A DNA stretch of 64,000 bases from a virus: positions 64,001-128,000 of IMG/VR virus record IMGVR_UViG_3300027896_000014; one strand, given 5' to 3'. The position numbers were made by a program, and so were the translations under genes. Positions 46,792-55,686 of the stretch are shown in pieces; within the stretch, counting starts at the first letter, position 1; the number at the start of each line of letters is the position of its first letter. A model generated the notes under the pieces. That model worked only from the letters and a program-made list of their open reading frames with translations, did no database searches and was not told where the DNA came from.

Positions 46792-48599
46792 TATTGTCCC
46801 TCAAATGCGGAAAGGGGTCTACGCGTAGGTTCCCCTTCACCGGGGGCCAAAGCCCCGGGAACCAAACCAGCTCCACCGGCAGTCGGCGGAGGCGCCTGAT
46901 CAAGTGCCTCTGCCTGGTCATCCGTCATAATGAAGTCCGGGTCATGAAACCCGAACGCATTAACTTCGTGTTTTAGAAGCTTATACGGCTTAAAATACTT
47001 ACCGAATGTGGAGCTTTCTGCCTGCTTAAGAAAGGCTTGATACATTTGAATAAGCTGACTATTCTTGATTGCGGCAGATATCCCCATGATCTTAATATCG
47101 CAATTGGCCTTCAACATCTCCTTGCGTTGTTCAATGGACATCTGAGCGAACTTTTGAGCATTCGGATTGTTTTTCATAACACGGGAAATACTGGGATCTG
47201 AGTATTCATTCCAGTTCAGGACCACTACCTCTAAAGCAGCTCTAATCGTATTGACCGCACCTTCTTCTATATCCTCACCTATTGAATCGAAGACTGTCAT
47301 GGACTGACCGAGCAATATCTCAGCCTCTCCCTTTGTTTTTTGGCTTTTAGTTCCACGTTGGCCAGCTGCTAATTGAGTAAGCATTGAGGAAGCTTCCCGG
47401 CGTTGGTCCCAGTGTTGAAGCGTGGCCAGCGTTTCGTTGCTTGAGGGACTCGTGTAAACCTCCTTAACCACCGGTTGGCCAGGTGGCGCATCTTGCCTAC
47501 GAAAGACCGTCTTACCAGGAAACATGGCAACATCCGTAGGGTCCTCGAGATCCATCCGGTTTAGTTCTCGAAGTTTATTGACCCGCCACGAGAGATCGTC
47601 GATATGGAGGCTCATTAAGTTGCAGCTATTAAGCCACAGAAGAAGAGAGGTCTCAATAACTCCGTGTCCCTCAAACGTAAATAAATCTGGAAGGGGGGAA
47701 AAAGATATGCCTGGCCATCGCATCGTCACGAAAGGATTTGGTTCAGGATTTCGGATCAAAACATCTCCTGCCACGGTAAACCTGGCATTATCGAGGAGAA
47801 GTTCTCCCGATTTATCCAAAATAACGCCCCAATGCTCGATCAACCTCACGGCTTTTCTAAAACTGCTTCGTTGATAATATTGACCTTTCCTGCGGGCCCG
47901 TTTTTCCGCAGTTTCCTGGCCCCAGCTCGATTCATTGGCCGTGACCTCATTCAACCTCACATACCGTCCACCGAGTTTTTTGACCTTCCATAAATCAAGC
48001 CACTCCACATGATCCCAGTAATCTCCCGACCATGGCTCCCGTGGCGATGCATCCGAATCCCGATAGATCTGCCATGGAGGAACGAGAGAAAAAACCAACC
48101 CCTTTCCTGGAACCCACCTCGGAATCATCTCATGGGATTGACCGATCGCAAAACCGAGTTCTGTTCCATCAGAAAACGCAGTATCTAGGTGGGCGTGTTG
48201 AGGATTGAACCAAAACTCAGAAGCATCTCTAAGGAAAGAGGCAATCCATTTTTCATTCTCATCATCTGGATTCACCGCCTCGATTTTATACCAATCTGGC
48301 TGGCGAAGTGCTTTTCGGATAATCGCCACTCCCTGTTTAACCGTGGAGGTCATATCCCCAGTTGTCATTTTGGCCTGCCAATCTTCTTTCTCCGAATAAT
48401 CAATATCTGCCTTGTAAGCCCTATAGCACTGATCCCAGAGATATCTAACTTCTAAGTTGGCTTGCTCTGACTCCGTAATGCAGCTATGAGCGAAGTCAAC
48501 AAATGTGTCAGGATCTTCGACACCATAAGCCGATGCTGCCTCTTCACGTTCCGCCAGCTCTTGATCATCCCACCCCTGGGTCCCTGCATCATTCGCCAT
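46791..48599 (-). CDS. portal protein
   Basis: 602 aa; R..WDQCYRAY, VPPWQIYRD, G.GVIE, G...KTKGE motifs; position. Confidence 0.85.
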   Translation of the reverse strand: MANDAGTQGWDDQELAEREEAASAYGVEDPDTFVDFAHSCITESEQANLEVRYLWDQCYRAYKADIDYSEKEDWQAKMTTGDMTSTVKQGVAIIRKALRQPDWYKIEAVNPDDENEKWIASFLRDASEFWFNPQHAHLDTAFSDGTELGFAIGQSHEMIPRWVPGKGLVFSLVPPWQIYRDSDASPREPWSGDYWDHVEWLDLWKVKKLGGRYVRLNEVTANESSWGQETAEKRARRKGQYYQRSSFRKAVRLIEHWGVILDKSGELLLDNARFTVAGDVLIRNPEPNPFVTMRWPGISFSPLPDLFTFEGHGVIETSLLLWLNSCNLMSLHIDDLSWRVNKLRELNRMDLEDPTDVAMFPGKTVFRRQDAPPGQPVVKEVYTSPSSNETLATLQHWDQRREASSMLTQLAAGQRGTKSQKTKGEAEILLGQSMTVFDSIGEDIEEGAVNTIRAALEVVVLNWNEYSDPSISRVMKNNPNAQKFAQMSIEQRKEMLKANCDIKIMGISAAIKNSQLIQMYQAFLKQAESSTFGKYFKPYKLLKHEVNAFGFHDPDFIMTDDQAEALDQAPPPTAGGAGLVPGALAPGEGEPTRRPLSAFEGQ

Positions 48600-48634
48600 A
48601 AATCGTCCCTACGCATTTGCGTATGTTCAGAAAT

Positions 48635-48679
48635 AAAAAAACCCCTTGCTCAAGGACTTTCGATCCTCAAACAAGGGGT
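48635..48679 (-). terminator. long-stem rho-independent terminator upstream of the portal
   Basis: ACCCCTTGTTTGAGGAT-CGAAA-GTCCTTGAGCAAGGGGT followed by a T-tract. Confidence 0.8.
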
Positions 48680-48710
48680 CTCAAATATCTCATTGAAATG
48701 AGGTTGGAGA

Positions 48711-48953
48711 CTATCCTTTCAGATTAATTCTCTTCCTCAGTCCCTTTTCGTTTTTCTCGTAATCACTGATCCCTCCCTGATTTAGGTGAATGGTTACTGA
48801 TCCCGTAAAACTACTTCCGATGATTCCGAGCATTGAGAGAGAATTTACGATGTTCTGTTCGTATTCATCTCTCCCATTTTGAATTCTGTGATTTGTATAC
48901 TCTAAACCAATTGGTTTGTCAAGCCTTTTTTTAATTGGGGTGGATTTTACCAT
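48711..48953 (-). CDS. small protein, DUF2292-like
   Basis: FTGSVTIHLNQGGI motif; true start uncertain. Confidence 0.45.
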   Translation of the reverse strand: MVKSTPIKKRLDKPIGLEYTNHRIQNGRDEYEQNIVNSLSMLGIIGSSFTGSVTIHLNQGGISDYEKNEKGLRKRINLKG

Positions 48954-48960
48954 CGGGGTT

Positions 48961-49164
48961 CTATCCTATTTCAATGGATCTAATTGATTCTATCCTTCCA
49001 ACTTCGCCATTAAAAGGTGACATGCTTCTTAAATATTTAGCATCGGCAGTCTGTTCATATCTTCGCTTTGACTGCTCATAATAATATTTCACTTTAGCAT
49101 AGCTTTGTCCTTTCGTAGCTCTCCAAATCTTTCTCGATACCACCCATAGCTTGATCCAGCTCAT
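48961..49164 (-). CDS. hypothetical protein
   Basis: MSWIKLW... with RBS GGGGG. Confidence 0.45.
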   Translation of the reverse strand: MSWIKLWVVSRKIWRATKGQSYAKVKYYYEQSKRRYEQTADAKYLRSMSPFNGEVGRIESIRSIEIG

Positions 49165-49413
49165 GTTACCCCCTTTCAAACAGCATCCCTTCATCACCGG
49201 CATCCGGTTCATGGTTTGAAAGCTGAAAGTCTTTTCGTAACGTTTAATCCGATCTGCGAGTGACATCTTTGTGCCTAAACCTCCTGCCCTTGTAGGCCTT
49301 GCGGTCCCGTAACCGTCTCTCACGCATTAACTTCGTGAATGTTTTGGCCTCGGAGAGGCAACGACCCACATACTTTTCAGTCTCTCTTTGATTAGACATT
49401 TTGCCTCACTCTT

Positions 49414-49620
49414 TTACAACTTTACAATATTCATTGCGATAAAGGTCAACCCCGTGAACCGAAAAGTCAAGGTATTCGGATCAACCTGGAAGTTCGGAAC
49501 GTAGGCACACGAATATTTCTTAACCATAGCTTCAAATTCTTCCTTACAGGCTTGAGACCGCTGCATATCCGAGAGCGCCCCTTCCACTCCCCGGCCTTCG
49601 ACATTGATAATACCTTCCAT
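49414..49620 (-). CDS. hypothetical protein
   Basis: MEGIINV... with RBS AGGAGG. Confidence 0.55.
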   Translation of the reverse strand: MEGIINVEGRGVEGALSDMQRSQACKEEFEAMVKKYSCAYVPNFQVDPNTLTFRFTGLTFIAMNIVKL

Positions 49621-49636
49621 GTTCTTACCCTCCTTT

Positions 49637-49942
49637 TTAATTAATTTTAGATGCTTTTTCATTCTCGCATGTTTTCGCCTCTGCGCATTCCTTCCCATTT
49701 TCCTTTGCCTCTCCAAAAATGTAAGCCCCACCGGTGGGACAGTCAGGATCAATTCTAACCACCATTCCATGTACTTCGAGCACCATTTTGTGGTTCCTTC
49801 CTTCGGCTCGGTTGACCTCGTTCAATAGGGTCTCATTAGCCAGAGGAGACAGATATACCCATTTGGGCGTAAGGCCCAAATCTTCCAGCTTTCGTTTCGC
49901 TGTTAGGATCGTGTCACGAATTGAAGTTGTCACCTTATGCAC
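49637..49942 (-). CDS. possible HK97 A-domain-only protein
   Basis: L...GLTPKWVYLSP...VHGMVVRIDPDCPTGGAYIFGE. Confidence 0.4.
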   Translation of the reverse strand: MHKVTTSIRDTILTAKRKLEDLGLTPKWVYLSPLANETLLNEVNRAEGRNHKMVLEVHGMVVRIDPDCPTGGAYIFGEAKENGKECAEAKTCENEKASKIN

Positions 49943-50172
49943 CGATCACACCTTTTCATGCGTCCTCCATTTTTAGTCGGCCGTTAATGGAATAATTACT
50001 TTCATATGACTCGGCCATCCAAAAATAAGCCTCTTCCTAGAATTGTACTCCCAAATACAGTCAGAATCTTCTATACGCTCCCATCCTTCAATCCTACGGG
50101 CATCTGCGTAAACCTCATCGAGGGAGCGCTTTCTCCTGCATAGACGACCAAAGGAAATTCCGAGTCCGAAAC

Positions 50173-50955
50173 TCATTCTTTCCTCTCCGGGATGTGAAGG
50201 ACGTTCTGGCCACCAAATGCCAGTACGCCAAACCAGGCGATCATCGGCATCAATAATCGGAGCTTCGGAGTTTGGACCTCCCTGAATATCAAGCCCTGAT
50301 CACCGAAAACCACGCCATCACCTGAGAAACAACTTGGATCGGTACACTTGATCCAACGAATATTATTATTGGTCTGTCCAACCTCTCCTTGGTACAAAAC
50401 ATCCCCTTCTTTTAGATATTTGCTCCAATTGAAAATCTTGGCAAACTGCTTGATCCTGCGTATCAGTCTTGAGCCACCGATACCGATGTAACTCATCCCA
50501 TCGTAGGGTTCTGTTACGGAGTCCATATATCCGGAGACGATAGCCAGAGTCGCTTCCATCTCGGACCATTTAGCTCGAGGAATCAATCTCTTTATTAAAA
50601 CTCTGGATCTGGTAATGTCCACGGAACCTAATCTCAAGGCATGGGCGCAACAACGGTCAAGAACAGTTCTTAGTTGTCGGATCAAGCGCTTTTGTATTGG
50701 ATTTGCTGAATCAAATACTATAAACGGTGTGAAATTGGCCGGCAGGTTAAGGCCACGCCCTACCTCAGCTACTTTAATAGGAATCTTTCTTATCCTTCTC
50801 GTCGTCTTGTCAAATCGCTTTACCACTTCCTTTTTAGGATCGACGGCGGCCGCAAACTGGACTATTTCGGCCTGCCTAATAGCCGCATACCTTAACGCTG
50901 AAGATGCAGGATTACACTCAAAATAGCCTTCTCCATATTCCCATCTCCAAGTCAT
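50173..50955 (-). CDS. major capsid protein paralogue (260 aa)
   Basis: Colinear motifs with the MCP: IKVAEVGRG, EPYDGMSYIG, WSKYLKEGDVLYQGEVG, IRWI, GVVFGD, TPKLR, AWFGV. Confidence 0.85.
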   Translation of the reverse strand: MTWRWEYGEGYFECNPASSALRYAAIRQAEIVQFAAAVDPKKEVVKRFDKTTRRIRKIPIKVAEVGRGLNLPANFTPFIVFDSANPIQKRLIRQLRTVLDRCCAHALRLGSVDITRSRVLIKRLIPRAKWSEMEATLAIVSGYMDSVTEPYDGMSYIGIGGSRLIRRIKQFAKIFNWSKYLKEGDVLYQGEVGQTNNNIRWIKCTDPSCFSGDGVVFGDQGLIFREVQTPKLRLLMPMIAWFGVLAFGGQNVLHIPERKE

Positions 50956-50982
50956 TTCTTCACCCTCCTCGCACTCCCATCC

Positions 50983-51372
50983 TCAGCTATGCGATCCCTG
51001 CGCCCGATATCCAAAGATAAAATTTGGCTTCTCATCAGCACGATCACAAAAGGTCTTCCAAAAAGTTATTCTCCAAATCTTTTCGCCCGGAACACCACTT
51101 TTATTAACTTGCCAAAGCAATGACACATCACGAACCGGAAGACCATAATCATGCAAAGCTGCCAGTGCCCCAAATCCATTCGCATCGTCAGCCGTTGCGA
51201 TAAGGTCTATCGTCGGCCTATCATAGCTGTGTCCCTTACCTCCCTGACAAGATTGACATGTCTCAAAACACTTTGCATGGAGAACCCGCACGGCAAATCT
51301 AATCCCTTGATCAAGCTCCTGATACCAAGCCTCTGACGCCATATGGTCTCTAATCGGAACCTTATTTTCCAT
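50983..51372 (-). CDS. conserved phage protein
   Basis: LDQGIRFAVRVL...ETCQSCQGG.GH motif. Confidence 0.65.
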   Translation of the reverse strand: MENKVPIRDHMASEAWYQELDQGIRFAVRVLHAKCFETCQSCQGGKGHSYDRPTIDLIATADDANGFGALAALHDYGLPVRDVSLLWQVNKSGVPGEKIWRITFWKTFCDRADEKPNFIFGYRAQGSHS

Positions 51373-51509
51373 CTTTCACTCTTCTTAAGCTCCCATCCTC
51401 AGCCACATAGTATTCCTGACCGTTCATATCAGTCCAGGTTTCTCCCGGCTTTAAGAACTTACATTTATCCCTGAAGTCCAAGGTGCAACCCTTCTCATGT
51501 GGGTCGTGG

Positions 51510-51770
51510 CTATGGGGATGGAATGGCTTTTTGTCCCGTGGTAGCATGGTTATCCTTCCCTTCGTCCTCTTGTTTAACGATCCTCAGTATTTTTTCTTCG
51601 GCAATTCGCATAAATAGGTGAAATTTGGATTCGAAGTCATCTGCCGGCACTCTCATTTCAAAGTTGTGTTCTATCTTCCCACCAACCTTGGCTTTAACAG
51701 AGCAACGTATGTGCCCTGCAGGAAATTCTTCCGGTCTGACTCTCACGATAATATCATCAAGAATTCTCAT
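51510..51770 (-). CDS. hypothetical protein
   Basis: Tightly coupled ORF with RBS. Confidence 0.55.
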   Translation of the reverse strand: MRILDDIIVRVRPEEFPAGHIRCSVKAKVGGKIEHNFEMRVPADDFESKFHLFMRIAEEKILRIVKQEDEGKDNHATTGQKAIPSP

Positions 51771-51779
51771 TTCATCTCC

Positions 51780-52097
51780 TTATAGTAAGACGTTCGCCAA
51801 ATAGACCAGAATGCTAAGATGGATCGCCTGATCAAAGCCAATGAGAACAAAGAACCAATGCATCTCTCCTTTTTGCCAGAGGTATGCAGTTCCCCTGGAA
51901 GTAATTCCGTCCACGATGAGATGCGTGGCTCCAATGATGATTGCAAAGAGGACCCCACACCACACAAAGCACGAGGTGTAGACCAACGCATGAAAGCTCA
52001 ACCACTTAAGGCTCTTGCTTTTGTTCATAGCCATTGTGTGGCTTTGGAACAGTAGATCTCCCACGAAATGTACCCAAATGAATAGAAGAATAATCAT
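51780..52097 (-). CDS. DUF3307-like membrane protein
   Basis: HFVGDLLFQ..MA..K..L..H..VY..THLIVD..IGFDQAIH. Confidence 0.8.
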   Translation of the reverse strand: MIILLFIWVHFVGDLLFQSHTMAMNKSKSLKWLSFHALVYTSCFVWCGVLFAIIIGATHLIVDGITSRGTAYLWQKGEMHWFFVLIGFDQAIHLSILVYLANVLL

Positions 52098-52742
52098 GTT
52101 ATTGCCTCCTGGCATTCACGATCTCTTCAAGCGTCCCGATCGGTGGACCGAGCCTTTCTGATACAACCTTGGAAATGTGCTCTACGAACCTAGCATACCA
52201 CTTATCCCCAAACTTCTCCTTGAATCGTTTAATCATTTTACGCCTTTGCGTATTACTGTATGACAAACTACTCCTCCAAATATTTTAATGCTCTATCAAT
52301 TTTATTTCTTTGATTTTCAACATATCCAACAATCCTATTGCATTGTGCATGTAAAAGCCCCCTGACTCTTCCAGTTATATGGTCATGATCTATGTGAGTC
52401 GAACGGTCTGTCGTAAGTTCTTTATCGCAGATAGGACATAAATTCTTTCAGAAATCCATCGATGCCCTTGCCAAAGCGATAAGAGATTTGAGAAGTATCT
52501 TAGAGGTTATTTCAACCAACCTCCAGCACGTCTCTGGGGCTATCGATCGCTCTTCTGGTTCAAAGAAAGAGTAAGGCGCAAAAAAACCGCATCTATCAGA
52601 TCTAATGTCCCATGAAGGATCTCATATGCATCTTTGGCGTTCATCCCATCGAAAAGGGGGGCCAGCTTGTTCTTGATGAAAGCAATTCTTTGTTTGTCTG
52701 TCATAATTTTTCTCCTTTCAGAAGATTGAGAAGGTGTAAAAC

Positions 52743-52901
52743 ATAGAAACTACAATCTGGATCTGCACGGCAATTATTTGCACTGTCATTGGCTTTTTAG
52801 CTTACGCAGTAGTCGGTGATATCACTAAAGCCCTGCGTCGTATCGAAATAGTGTTGGACGAAATCCTCAAAAATATGATGGATAAGAGATCTCGCATATG
52901 A
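52743..52901 (+). pseudogene. paralogue of the 7600..7869 membrane protein with ATA at the start position
   Basis: 23 bp identical to 7603-7625; (I)ETTIWICT; in-frame stop just upstream. Confidence 0.6.
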
Positions 52902-52917
52902 AGATCCTACACACTTT

Positions 52918-53655
52918 CTATCTCCTTTTTTTAAGTCTGGCTATAAATTGATTTAAAAATTTTCGATCAATTTCAAGAGTTCTTGATTTAATGTTTGAGA
53001 GATAAATGTCCGCCGCATTCCACATCTGAATTCTGGAAGAGGCTCCACGGCGAATCCATGAAGCATACATATCGGCGGCTTGTAACGGAGGAAATTGTTT
53101 GTCATCCCAATGATCACATTTTCCAAGTCTTGGGAGGTCTGGTAGTTGCGATTTTATATAGTCATCAAAGATAATCCTAAACCGTCTTCCAACTTTTCCC
53201 TGTTCATCGAAAATAAAATCTATCGGATTGGCTCTCTTACCTATTCCTGGAAATAAAAACACACATTGAAAACACACCCAAGCAACAACCAAAGCTGCAC
53301 ATATAAAATAAGGATCATTGGACGGGAAGAGAGAATTAAAAGAGTAAAATTCCTTGATTATCTTAAGATCACTTTTTGAGAGATATGCCGCAATACCATA
53401 GCAGTTTTCAGTTGGAATAACGCTTGCCAGCTTAGCAATTTTTTGATTTCTAACATCCCGGTCAAAATTTGAAAAGCATCGTTTTAGTCCAATCGCATCA
53501 TTGGTTCTATAGTATCCAATAACTGGAGGCTCCTTACATACATTAACCCAATCAGAAGAAAACTTGTCCCATACTATAATCGGTGCTATGAAACCACCCA
53601 AGACGAAGGTGCTTTCGTCTCCGCTATCATCTATGACAGCTTTGAGGGTTATCAT
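52918..53655 (-). CDS. DUF3800-like RNase H-fold protein
   Basis: AVIDDSG..FVLGG, FIFDEQG, PLQAADMYA; own ATG 53655 with RBS, also in frame with the EndoVII N-half. Confidence 0.8.
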   Translation of the reverse strand: MITLKAVIDDSGDESTFVLGGFIAPIIVWDKFSSDWVNVCKEPPVIGYYRTNDAIGLKRCFSNFDRDVRNQKIAKLASVIPTENCYGIAAYLSKSDLKIIKEFYSFNSLFPSNDPYFICAALVVAWVCFQCVFLFPGIGKRANPIDFIFDEQGKVGRRFRIIFDDYIKSQLPDLPRLGKCDHWDDKQFPPLQAADMYASWIRRGASSRIQMWNAADIYLSNIKSRTLEIDRKFLNQFIARLKKRR

Positions 53656-53988
53656 TAATCTCCCATTTTTATATTCGGGAGCCAGTCCGCAATAATACCG
53701 TTGTATGCAGATCGCAGCAAGCTCTAACTGATCGAGTATACTCCTTTTCTTGCTGCTTTGTAAAGTTAATAATTCCGAATTCTTTTGTGAAAGTCTAAGC
53801 TCTCCCAAACTTTCGAAGGTCAGCCCATATCTTTTTTTGAGTATATGTCTTCTCCGTAAAAGACGCCATCGGTCTGGATTCTTTTCTCTCCACTTTTTCT
53901 CCGCTAAGTACGCTTGAGCTTTATGGTTTTGTTTATACTTACGAGATGCTCTGCGAGCTGATTCCTTGCTCATTCCAAAAGTCGCCTC

Positions 53989-54192
53989 TCAATCATGCCC
54001 AAAAATAGCTCGATAATTCTCCCGATACGCCTCGGAGGCGGTCTTCCCTGTGCAGGCTGGACACTTACAGAGAGAGTTGGGAGGGCCTTCACTATGGCTG
54101 CCGTCGTATTGTGCTCCACAGCCAGTACAGGCAAAAGCCTCAGATTCTTTGGTCCGTCTCTTACTTCGGTAAACCGCTTTCCACTTGGACAT
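53989..54192 (-). CDS. small Zn-ribbon protein
   Basis: CTGC...CPAC...YRENYRAIFG. Confidence 0.6.
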   Translation of the reverse strand: MSKWKAVYRSKRRTKESEAFACTGCGAQYDGSHSEGPPNSLCKCPACTGKTASEAYRENYRAIFGHD

Positions 54193-54202
54193 CTCGTACT
54201 CC

Positions 54203-54517
54203 TTAGACTATTAAGCCTGTTTTCCGATATACCCACTCTGAAAACTTATGCAACCAGTTATTAAGTGGACAATCCCGACCCCCAATTTCGTAAGCTATCC
54301 AATGAATGAGTTCATGTAGTACACCATACCAGCAACTTCTCTGAAGCCAAATCTCCTTTTTCGGATAATAGTAAAGACCGCGATAACGGCCCCTGATCTC
54401 CATAGGTGTACTATAATTAAGTTCTGGAAATTCCCAAACATGGTCTGGGAACTTGTCACAAAAGAATATTTTAGGGAAAAACCTTCTCCGATAAACTGCC
54501 TTCCACCCCTCGCTCAC
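54203..54517 (-). CDS. small HExxH metallopeptidase-like protein
   Basis: GLYYY..KEIWL...VLHELIHW. Confidence 0.6.
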   Translation of the reverse strand: MSEGWKAVYRRRFFPKIFFCDKFPDHVWEFPELNYSTPMEIRGRYRGLYYYPKKEIWLQRSCWYGVLHELIHWIAYEIGGRDCPLNNWLHKFSEWVYRKTGLIV

Positions 54518-54731
54518 TTGTTATCCCCTTTCACGTCCGATACCCATTCCCATACCTTCTTTGCCTCGTTCAGAATATCTTTCGTGGTCGGTCTCGGTCG
54601 TTTCTCCCTCATAATGTTAACAGCTACGTAGAAACAGTTAAGTCTCTGCTCTGCCCTTTCCTTTGCCGTCATCATTGGTTATCACCTCCTCCCCTCACCT
54701 CTGGCCTATAATTCCAACCCGCCCCATACCT

Positions 54732-55028
54732 CTAAACTTTGACACTTACGTTAACCGTATGAAGTGTTACCATGCCCGGTTCAGAGGGATTTGGCACTAC
54801 GAACTGTCCGCCGGCGACCATTTCGGCCTCTTTCAGGGTCATTTTCCGGTAGGCTCGCTCAAAGGTCTCCTTGGGGGACCAAGAGACATATCCGTCTTCG
54901 TACCGAACCCGATAACCGACTCGGTTTGGCTGAGTTTCATCCCAAGCTTGGCCTTTCGAGAATACGAAATCTCTCTCGTCCAGAGGCTCAGCTGCTATGA
55001 TCTTGGTGCCAATATAGATTTCTTCCAT
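54732..55028 (-). CDS. conserved phage protein (YIGTK...DGYxSWSPK family)
   Basis: YIGTKIIAAEP...GYRVRYEDGYVSWSPKETFERAYR. Confidence 0.8.
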   Translation of the reverse strand: MEEIYIGTKIIAAEPLDERDFVFSKGQAWDETQPNRVGYRVRYEDGYVSWSPKETFERAYRKMTLKEAEMVAGGQFVVPNPSEPGMVTLHTVNVSVKV

Positions 55029-55040
55029 CAGATCCTCCTT

Positions 55041-55301
55041 TCACAATTTTTTCACGGTTCGTTCACAGTCAAAGCAATAAGACCTCTTCTTTCCATTATC
55101 GTCATCAATTACCTGCACATTCCCATGCCTCCCAAGCCGGCAACCTGTCTGTCTATACCAATATTTACCAAACGAATCATGCCAGAGGTAGGAATTCTTC
55201 CAAAATCTTCGATGGAAGAGCCTCCAGCCACACCAATTACCCGCGGGGTAACGATGAAACAAACTCCACCAGATATCAGCATTTTCACGACAAGCACCCA
55301 T
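55041..55301 (-). CDS. hypothetical protein
   Basis: CRLGRH...YCFDC. Confidence 0.5.
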   Translation of the reverse strand: MGACRENADIWWSLFHRYPAGNWCGWRLFHRRFWKNSYLWHDSFGKYWYRQTGCRLGRHGNVQVIDDDNGKKRSYCFDCERTVKKL

Positions 55302-55512
55302 GGCCTATCCTCCTCTTGATCCATTCCTTCACCCGGATCAAAGCAACCCCAACTTTCCTTGTCCAGAATAGCCTAAAAAGCTGCCGATAGGTCGGAGTTG
55401 GTCTCTGCATCTGGTAAAGCCGAATCTCATTCTTAATCTTATTAAACTCCTGCTTTTTTAGTTTGACCCTGACCCGCCTTCCACTCGGGAGAACCAGCTC
55501 CATTGATAACAT
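55285..55512 (-). CDS. hypothetical protein
   Basis: RBS GGAGG; coupled ORF. Confidence 0.5.
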   Translation of the reverse strand: MLSMELVLPSGRRVRVKLKKQEFNKIKNEIRLYQMQRPTPTYRQLFRLFWTRKVGVALIRVKEWIKRRIGHGCLS

Positions 55513-55686
55513 CTTCCCTCCTCAATTATTTTTCAAACCTACAATTCTCGAATTTAATGACCTTTATATCCGAGCCAATCCAAAATCCACATTCGCTAAA
55601 ACAATGTGGACATCTCATAATCTGAGAAATCAATGTATCGAATTCCCAACTTTTATTGCAATAACGACAAATCATATGTTGCATTT

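Larger units (their letters stand above)
52441..53785. mobile_element. 1337-bp insertion flanked by an 8-bp direct repeat
   Basis: AATTCTTT at 52441-52448 and 53778-53785; removing the insert restores the EndoVII frame; no transposase. Confidence 0.7.
52268..53973 (-). pseudogene. endonuclease VII-like gene interrupted by a 1337-bp insertion
   Basis: N-half ...LKKRYGLT...SQKN (to ~53778); C-half LCPICD...HIDHDHITGRVRGLLHAQCN (52268-52441). Confidence 0.85.

Noticed and set aside
46955-49337. 16-bp exact repeat ACGCATTAACTTCGTG at 46955 and 49322
   Set aside because: About one such match is expected by chance in 64 kb, and the two copies are in different reading frames.
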